A program made the position numbers and the translations under genes. Below, piece after piece: positions 55,213 to 64,000 of a stretch of 64,000 bases of DNA. The stretch is from Lingula anatina (Eukaryota; Animalia; Brachiopoda). The stretch is from positions 744,001 through 808,000 of the forward strand of contig CM120642.1 of assembly GCA_051362555.1 (NCBI GenBank), written 5' to 3'. The notes under the pieces are model-generated. The model saw only the letters and a list, made by a program, of their open reading frames with translations, searched no databases and was not told where the DNA came from. The first letter of the stretch is position 1; every line of letters begins with the position of its first letter.

Positions 55213-58200
55213 AAGCTCTCTCTCTCTTTCTCTCTCTCACACTCTTTTTCTCTCTCTCTCTGTCTTACTTCTCCATAGCAATCATCTGTTGTTTCTGGTG
55301 CTGGTAGTGGTACATCTGAGCACTCTGGGCCAGCTTCCTGTCCCCGGGGGAGATGACGTGTTCCCGTCCCTGGGGGCCAGTCACCCCATATGCAGGGTAG
55401 TCCACCTCACTGGCTGCCTTGCTGCTCTTACGAATTCTGAAGACAAACACAATTCATTTACTTTACTACAGTCACAATAATATCAACTGAACCAGGACAA
55501 AGTTACAAAATTCAAAAAGAGTAAGAAGTTTAATAATAAGGGCAGAGGTGCAACAAAGTGTGAGTCTTAAACTAACCACCACCGGGTGCTTCTTCCTTAC
55601 TTCTAGCAATATGATTTATACATGTTAATGTGTTACGTAGTTCTATGCAAAATAGTTAAATAATCCTCTGAATAATTTAGTTTGACATAATCAGTACCCA
55701 TTGTAGGGAATCCTTTTCACCACAAAATGTATTTGTACCAACACAGAGAGTAAATTAAAGGATATGTGGAGAGGAAGATTTAGTTAACACCACAGCATAT
55801 TAGAGTGGTTCATTATGGATACTTTTAATACAGTGCTCTGTCATCTGTTCAACAATTCCTGCATGTATTAAAATCAAGCAACCCATGGTGAAAATTTGGA
55901 CCTTTTAAATCAGTATAACACTAAGAAATGGCATGTAACATTGCTGCTTCACTACATTAATATTAAATAACAATTTCCCTTTTGATCAGAGTGACTGTAA
56001 TATATAATTATCATTGTGCCTGCTGTAACCTTTCAGCTCACATCTGCCCAGAAACAAAGTGGGCTACTAACAACAGTTATTGTAATGATGCCATGATATA
56101 CTAGGAAATGCTGGCTAATTATCACAGGTTACTCACTATTATACTGACTTAGTGGTTCTCAATACAGGAAAAATACAGACACAAATGGCTGTAATTTTTC
56201 TGTAGTCAGAATAAATTTTAAAGAAAGGTCACACAAAATTGAGTTTAGAACGGAACATAAAGTCGATAGAAAATATAATACTCTGTATTTCTTCACTGTA
56301 AAATTGGCCAGAAATCCTTCATTAAAACACAATTTGATAGCATAAACGGTGGTTCACCCTAACTGCCCAGTGTCTGCCTGGCCATCTCTATCTCTGCCAA
56401 CCTACAGACCGCGTAAACCATAATTGGCTGCTTGCTAGCAATCTCTCTCAGGGAGAACAAACCACTCAGGCCACGAACTAAAGTACCCCAACATAAAATT
56501 AGTGGCCAGAGCATTGGATCACACAAGCATTTAGGATTTATGGTTTGTGGGTTGTAATGTGCTCGTAATGCTGTGCTCGTGACTTCTTTTACATTGGGGT
56601 TCTTAATTTGTGTCTCGAGTTGTTAATTTGGGAATTTGTGCTCACAAATTTGAATGTCGAGTTTGCAAATGCCATTTCTGTTTATATGGCCTCCTAAAAG
56701 GGTTGGGTTTCATCATCATTGGTTATTTTGTTAGGAGCCAGGTTATCTTAAAGTATTTTAAGCAAATTCTAATTACTTTTTCAGAATGTTATTCAGGAAG
56801 GAAAGAAGACGTTTCAATTTCAACTGAATCCTGAATCTTTCTAATATTTACCATCCTCTTCAATAATTGCTTTTGCCCTTTTTATATAATATTTTTTAAT
56901 AAAAGCTTTTCCTTGGTGGAAGCCTATGCTCTCAGAAATTATCCAGTTAAATGTTTCCTTTATTACAATTTTAAAACACTAAACAGGAGGAAGTTACTTT
57001 GGATCACATGGAGCTACTAAGCATGACCTTGAACTCACAAATAACACAAAATATTTCAATAACAAAACACATTTCTGGGCAGAAAGAATATTTTCAGCCA
57101 CCGCCTCTCACATCCTGGTGTTTTTCTCCTCATTAATTTCCCCGTGAACATCCCCTACATGAAGATGCATGACACTTCTATCTCAATAAATGTCATCTCC
57201 AGTGTACTGGAACTTGGCAGAATTAAGATCAGAAGCTTCCTGTTTATTCTCTGGACACTCAGTAATCCCTGATAATTATTTTGCAATCCAAGGCCAAATT
57301 GCTTTTATTTGCAGCTACATTGCACTCAATTATTGAACAGTAGATGAATAGTCTATGCCGATTACTGTAAAAACCAATACTTCAAATCTAACCTTAATCC
57401 ATTTCAATTACAGGGCACACTTAGACATATTTCAAGCTGGTTTGTAATCAGAACTTCCACTTTGTACCTTGATTTATTTATTTATTTAGACTTCTGCAGG
57501 TGTTAAGAACAAGAGATCTAGATGAGGGTTTCCCAAACAAGGACTGTCACGCACGAACATGAGTTACATTGCGTATAAGTCCTTTATTTTGGATACTCAC
57601 CATAGAATAAGCCAGAAGCAAGGTGTACGTTTCATCTACTTGTACTTCACACTCCTGTCTATCATATTAACCTTGCTGATGTCTGGTGCATCTATTACTT
57701 AGTAATTAAACTAAACTATAGGCTTCAATTTACCTTACTCTAATAAGTGAGCTCTACACAGCTGGTACTTTGTTAATTATTGAATAAAAACTTGCAGCAA
57801 GCTCATCGTTATCATATTGCAAAACTCTGCGTCATTATTGTATAAAACATGCTCAAAGCACATTTGTTCATGCTATGTCAAACTGACAGGAAACAAAAAT
57901 GCAGGCCTCCGCAAAGAAAAGGCAATTACTGAAAAGGTTATGCAACACTAAACAGATATTAGGAGATGAGATTCACTGGAAAATTTAATCTTTTTTTTTT
58001 TCCTCCTGGATAATTGTCTCTCCTGAAATGTTCATAAAAAATGATTGAACTTTTTGATAAATCTTGTGCAGAAACAAATAGACACGGCCAAACCACCACC
58101 ACAGAATGCAAACCCCAATTTGTGGTAATCTAGACTAAAGATTGGAAAATGTTTCTGTTGATACTCCAAAGTGAGACACATAAATGAATTTGTACATAGA

Positions 58201-59606
58201 AACCACAACTGCAATCTCTGTCCATATCAGAAGAAATTAAATCTATCCAACAACACTAAGAATGTTTTAATCAGTCCGCTATACTGAAGGTATTCTACCA
58301 CAATATTGTATGACACAGTGACCACACACAGAGCTTATCAGGTAAAGTACAAAGATGGCTGGATGTGATCTATATTAGATACTGATTCAATGCACTTCAG
58401 GTGCTTTATCCCCATTACCTTGACAACTAGGTCAACCTGATAGCTGGCAGGCTGTCCACAGTGATAGTGCATAAAGATGGCCTGCTTGTATACAGATGCC
58501 TGCATACTTCATTTACAGCCTTGACATGTCTTACCAGAGAGCAATTGGTGGTTAACTATGTGTATCCTCTGACTACAACTCCACACAGGATCAGTGACAA
58601 CAGACTCACATTTAGATACTTTTGTAGTGGTTATATAAGAAAAATCTCATCCTTCCACCTTTTTTTTTCCTTCACAGGTAGGACAGCCCTCCACTACCCA
58701 AAGGTTGGACTATTTATTAATTTTTCGAGTATCACCATGACGTTAAATAAGATGTTCCTCATTGAACCCCCCCCCCCCCCCCCAACAAAAAAAAAATGTG
58801 GTGGTGTTTTTTTTTTTTACAATACAAGATTGACAAAGACTGTGGCCAAGGCAGTTATCCCCATGGTCCAGCTATCCAAGACTGTTCTTTTGATACCAAG
58901 TCAAGCAAATACAGATTGTATTTCAGTGAAAACACACATAATTGCAGAGATTGGTCACATTTTGCTTGCTGCCATGTCTCTGTGGTCTCCCTGGCAGGTA
59001 GCATATACCTTGTAATTTCCACTAAATCAGACTTCACAGGAACCTGGCTGTTTGGCATCCTGTTGTTTACCACATTTTGTTGTAATCTATCTATAAGCCA
59101 CTGATCTTCAACCTGGTGTTGTAACAGTTAGTATAACACAGGAATATAAAATCTAGACATTTAAAAGCCAATCTGTGAGCTTACTTAGGCTTGTCAGAAA
59201 CATTTTTGATAATTTTATCCTCAGAATGCTAAACTAACTTGGTTAAGTACACACAAACCCTTTAAAATATTAGTGTAACAAGACCTGATAAAATACTCAC
59301 TTGTACCAGCACACTCCCGCCAATATCAATCCCACAAGACCTGCTAAACTGCAGCCTGCTACTAACACTGCAACAAAAATATTAGACCAACTTAAAAAAA
59401 CAACTTTAATTATAAAACAACCCTGACAGGTAAATATCTAAAATTATTCTTATATGATTAATGTAGAACTTTTTTCATCTTGTTAAAATAATGCAAGGTG
59501 GCAAAGAAAGTTTATAAGTGAGTTCACGTCAGACATCATTTAGAACTGGAAAAAAAGCCCATCTGACATCATCAGTGGACTACATAACATATATGGTTAT
59601 TTTCTC

Positions 59607-59662
<56 letters not shown>

Positions 59663-59669
59663 TTACTAG

Positions 59670-59717
<48 letters not shown>

Positions 59718-59725
59718 TTTACTAG

Positions 59726-59776
<51 letters not shown>

Positions 59777-59962
59777 TACTGATGAAGATAAATCCCTGTC
59801 CATAGCCGGGTGCGTTGGCCTCTCCAGGTGGGCCCTGTTTGTGATGTGCTGGGGAGGACGGATGGGGGGCAGGGCCAGTCTTGGGGGTCGTTGTATTGGC
59901 TGCTGGCTGCTTCTCTCCTGATGGTTCATGACCTTCTGGTAACTTCTTCTGGTCAACTTTTA
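54192..59962 (-). CDS. NPDC1: NPDC1/cab-1-like single-pass membrane protein; 5'-partial (earlier exons beyond window)
   Basis: Exons 59962-59780, 59367-59301 (TM LVAGCSLAGLVGLILAGVCWYK), 55436-55269 (DYPAYGVTGP..GDRKLAQSAQMYHYQHQKQQMIAME), 54521-54422 (SDEENEEGDYTVYECPGLAP), 54281-54192 (TGEMEVKNPLF..*). Frame is continuous and the motifs are hallmarks of NPDC1. Confidence 0.93.
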
Positions 59963-60315
59963 CTGAAAGTACAAATAGTACCTTGGTTTATTACTTTCTT
60001 ATTTAGAAAGAGAAAAAATTATTTTCTATGTAAAGATGTGACATTCTGTGCTAAATAAATAGTCATCTGTGCTTTCCGTCACCTCCAATACTGTATACTA
60101 ACTAGAGGATCAGAGAGGCGATACCGCCTCCGAATATTGTACCACCAGCTGGAGCAAGCGCATTCGTATAGACCCCCACATACACAAAATAAGGGGTGCA
60201 GCCACCAGTCTTGTGCTTGACAAGCTGTAAAAATGCAATCAACAAGAATTTTCAAAATATGCAAAAAATATATATAACTAAAAATGGTGCAATCAAAGTT
60301 AAGTTCATTGTAAGG

Positions 60316-61884
60316 TAGGTCAAAGGTCAATTTCAAGGTCACAGTAAATTGCCAGTATATGACTTCCTATCCAACTTCAATAGTAACTATGGACCTATCT
60401 CTGCCAGTTTTGGAGATAAAAGGGAAGCAAAATTTGCAAAGTTCAGTTCATGGTGAAAAGTAGGTCAAAGGTCAATTTCAAGGTCACAGTAAGATTGCCA
60501 GTATATGACTTCCTATTCAACTTCAATAGTAACTATGGACCTATCTCTGCCAGTTTTGGAGATAAAAGGGAAGCAAAATTTGCAAAGTTCAGTTCATGGT
60601 GAAAAGTAGGTCAAAGGTCAATTTCAAGGTCACATTTAGATTGCCAGTATATGACTTCCTATTCAACTTCAATAGTAACTATGGACCTATCTCTGCCAGT
60701 TTTGGAGATAAAAGGGAAGCAAAATTTGCAAAGTTCAGTTCATGGTGAAAAGAAGGTCAAAGGTCAATTTCAAGGTCACAGTAAAATTGCCAGTATATGA
60801 CTTCCTATGCAAGTTCAATAGTAACTATGGACCTATCTCTGCCAGTTTTGGAGATAAAAGGGAAGCAAATTTTGCAAAGTTCAGTTCAAGGTGAAAAGTA
60901 GGTCAAAGGTCAATTTCAAGGTCACAGTAAAATTGCCAGTATATGACTTCCTATTCAAGTTCAATAGTAACTATGGACCTATCTCTGCCAGTTTTGGAGA
61001 TAAAAGGGAAGCAAAATTTGCAAAGTTCAGTTCATGGTGATAAGTAGGTCAAAGGTCAATTTCAAGGTCACAGTAAGATTGCCAGTATATGACTTCCTAT
61101 TCAACTTCAATAGTAACTATGGACCTATCTCTGCCAGTTTTGGAGATAAAAGGGAAGCAAAATTTGCAAAGTTCAGTTCATGGTGAAAAGTAGGTCAAAG
61201 GTCAATTTCAAGGTCACATTTAGATTGCCAGTATATGACTTCCTATTCAACTTCAATAGTAACTATGGACCTATCTCTGCCAGTTTTGGAGATAAAAGGG
61301 AAGCAAAATTTGCAAAGTTCAGTTCATGGTGAAAAGAAGGTCAAAGGTCAATTTCAAGGTCACAGTAAAATTGCCAGTATATGACTTCCTATGCAAGTTC
61401 AATAGTAACTATGGACCTATCTCTGCCAGTTTTGGAGATAAAAGGGAAGCAAATTTTGCAAAGTTCAGTTCAAGGTGAAAAGTAGGTCAAAGGTCAATTT
61501 CAAGGTCACAGTAAAATTGCCAGTATATGACTTCCTATTCAACTTCAATAGTAACTATGGACCTATCTCTGCCAGTTTTGGAGATAAAAGGGAAGCAAAA
61601 TTTGCAAAGTTCAGTTCATGGTGATAAGTAGGTCAAAGGTCAATTTCAAGGTCACAGTAAGATTGCCAGTATATGACTTCCTATTCAACTTCAATAGTAA
61701 CTATGGACCTATCTCTGCCAGTTTTGGAGATAAAAGGGAAGCAAAATTTGCAAAGTTCAGTTCATGGTGAAAAGTAGGTCAAAGGTCAATGTCAAGGTCA
61801 CAGTAAGATTGCCAGTATATGACTTCCTATTCAACTTCAATAGTAACTATGGACCTATCTCTGCCAGTTTTGGAGATATAAGGG
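60316..61884. repeat. 146-bp satellite, about 10.7 copies, with 4-mer (584-bp) higher-order structure
   Basis: Unit starts at 60316, 60461, 60607, 60753, 60899, 61045, 61191, 61337, 61483, 61629 and 61775. Diagnostic variants recur every 584 bp. Confidence 0.95.
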
Positions 61885-62130
61885 ACTAAATGTTATAATT
61901 TTGGAGTTACCATAATGTGCCATAAATTTCCTACAGAAAAAATTAATTAAAATAAAGAAAAGGTCATTTTGGTCAAAGTTCTTGAAATGGGAGGTTCTCT
62001 GAAGTTGCAGAAGTTTAAATTTGATAAAATAATGTCATTTTTGACCACAAGTTGTCTGCTTTGCCAAGCATTATGTTTTATATTTCCGGAGTTCAAAATT
62101 TATTATCCATTACCGTACTGCACATTTTTA

Positions 62131-62417
62131 CGGAAGCCGACTGGTGCCATATGTTGAAAAAAAAAATTATCTCGAAATTTCGAGATAGCATTTTTTTTGT
62201 TCAAATTTCAAAATACTATCTCGAAATTTCGAGATAAATTTTTTTGCTCAAATATCAAAATGCTATCTCGAAATTTCGAGATAATTTTTTTTTGTTCAAA
62301 TTTCAAAATGCTATCTCGAAATTTCGAGATAAAAAATTTTTTTGTTCAAATTTCAAAATAGTATCTCGAAATTTCGAGATAATTTTTTTTTCTACATATG
62401 GCACCAGTCGGCTTCTG
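62131..62417. mobile_element. Nested foldback-like MITE with TA flanks
   Basis: TA|cggaagccgactggtgccatatgt ... acatatggcaccagtcggcttctg|TA. The interior holds five copies of the palindrome tatctcgaaatttcgagata at about 48-bp spacing. Confidence 0.75.
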
Positions 62418-63987
62418 TACATTTTCCTTTCACCACCAATATGTACTTTCTGATACAGCGTAACTCGAAAACCGTATGAAATACAAAAAAACCGAGACCA
62501 CCTCCAGTGTTGGGATTTACATGCTCTACAAAATGCAAAAAAGAATGGGTCTCTAGCATTAACGGTTCCCGAATTAGAGACAGTTTTCAGTTTCGGTATC
62601 TTATGGCCGCTACTCCTGTGAAAATGCACCGATTGACCCCAAATTCACGGAGATGAAAGATGACCTGAAGGGTAACACTTTCCAATAATATTATTGGTTA
62701 AGTCTGTGTGGCGTCTGAATAACAGGGCAAAAAAATTTTTTTTCGTAAAAAATTTCATTTTTTTGAAAATTTTGACCCATTTGACCTTGAAGTAAAGGTC
62801 AAAGGTCAAATCCGAGGGTATATTTGAAATCTACACATATGACTTTTGGAAAGCCGTCTATAGAAATTTTTCCCGTAACTCCTTCTGTAGGGTAGATAAT
62901 TAGCATTTAATTTTGCCATTTTTAGACAAGGGTGCATTGCAATGAGTGCCACACCCAGACCCCAATACCGACAAAGCCCAAATTTTACGTGGAACGAGTT
63001 GAGATTATAGGTGACCTAAATCCATGAGATGGGTACGGGGGCCCTTACCGTCTAGGAGGAGAAGCGGTAACGGTAACATGGCGGCGGAGCCGGCGGAACG
63101 GACCGGACGGGACCGAAACCATGTGTACCGCCAGCGCTAACGCTGGTGGTAAATTTTTTTGTTCAAATTTCAAAATAGTATCTCGAAATTTCGAGATAAT
63201 TTTTTTTTCTACATATGGCACCAGTGGGCTTCCGTACATTTTCCTTTCACCACCAATATGTACTTTTTGATACAGCGTAACTCGAAAACCGTATGGAATA
63301 CAAAAAAACCGAGACCACCTCCAGTGTTGGGCTTTACATGCTCTACAAAATGCAAAAAAGAATGGGTCTCTAGCATTAACGGTTCCCGAATTAGAGACAG
63401 TTTTCAGTTTCGGTATCTTATGGCCGCTACTCCTGTGAAAATGCACCGATTGACCCCAAATTCACGGAGATGAAAGATGACCTGAAGGGTAACACTTTCC
63501 AATAATATTATTGGTTAAGTCTGTGTGGTGTCTGAATAACAGGGCAAAAAATTTTTTTTTCGTAAAAAATTTCATTTTTTTGAAAATTTTGGCCCATTTG
63601 ACCTTGAAGTAAAGGTCAAAGGTCAAATCCGAGGGTATATTTGAAATCTACACATATGACTTTTGGAAAGCCGTCTGTAGAAATTTTTCCCGTAACTCCT
63701 TCCGTAGGGTAGATAATTAGCATTTAATTTTGCCATTTTTGGACAAGGGTGCATTGCAATGAGTGCCACACCCAGACCCCAATACCGACAAAGCCCAAAT
63801 TTTACGTGGAACGAGTTGAGATTATAGGTGACCTAAATCCATGAGATGGGTATGGGGGGCCTTACCGTCTAGGAGGAGAAGCGGTAACGGTAGCCGTCCG
63901 GCGGAGCCGGCGGAGCCGGCGGAGCCGGCGGAACGATCCGGACGAGACCGAAACCATGTGTACCGCCAGCGCTAACGCTGGTGGTAC
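62334..63987. repeat. Direct tandem duplication of about 820-835 bp comprising the element's 5' end
   Basis: 62334-63151 and 63151-63987 are near-identical, each ending in the gtaccgccagcgctaacgctggtggta hairpin. Confidence 0.9.
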
Positions 63988-64000
63988 AATTAATATCATT

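Larger units (their letters stand above)
60102..63990 (-). mobile_element. Non-autonomous Helentron-like element (HINE/DINE-1 architecture) in an NPDC1 intron
   Basis: 14-bp subterminal inverted repeats attgtaccaccagc (60136-60149) / gctggtggtacaat (63977-63990). The 5' subTIR forms a hairpin with an adjacent inverted copy (63959-63988) and is followed by a (GGCGGAGCC)n microsatellite. There is an internal satellite array. The 3' end has a GC stem-loop (60115-60130), then CTAG and TT. Confidence 0.8.

Noticed and set aside
60083-60224. Apparent extra NPDC1 exon (AG..GT bounded, ORF 60079-60342)
   Set aside because: It coincides with the 3' terminus of the Helentron-like element and the peptide has no NPDC1 character.
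62303-63473. Duplicated 108-aa and 133-aa ORFs as a possible transposase or small gene pair
   Set aside because: No recognisable motifs; they lie in the duplicated non-coding head of the element.

Overview
AT-rich animal genomic DNA with short GT-AG introns. It looks lophotrochozoan or mollusc-like, but that is an inference. Four genes could be spliced together by hand: (1) a classical dynamin (+, exon 2 to stop, 1991-19255; exon 1 is upstream of the window); (2) selenoprotein F/Sep15 (-, 22231-23623) with an in-frame TGA and a SECIS element in the 3' UTR; (3) a complete 36-exon MEGF8 (+, 24353-47531, about 2772 aa), head-to-head with SELENOF; (4) the 3' part of an NPDC1/cab-1-like gene (-, 54192-59962). 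Mobile DNA includes a 3.9-kb non-autonomous Helentron-like (HINE/DINE-1-type) element carrying a 146-bp satellite, several MITEs, and L2 and RTE LINE fragments. The most striking pattern is that at least ten unrelated tandem repeats or duplications are copies of a real exon-intron junction, stacking up to 19 near-identical splice sites. One array is fully open in frame in MEGF8. Dynamin also has a pair of mutually exclusive PH-domain exons and two microexons. All calls were made by eye, with no database searches.
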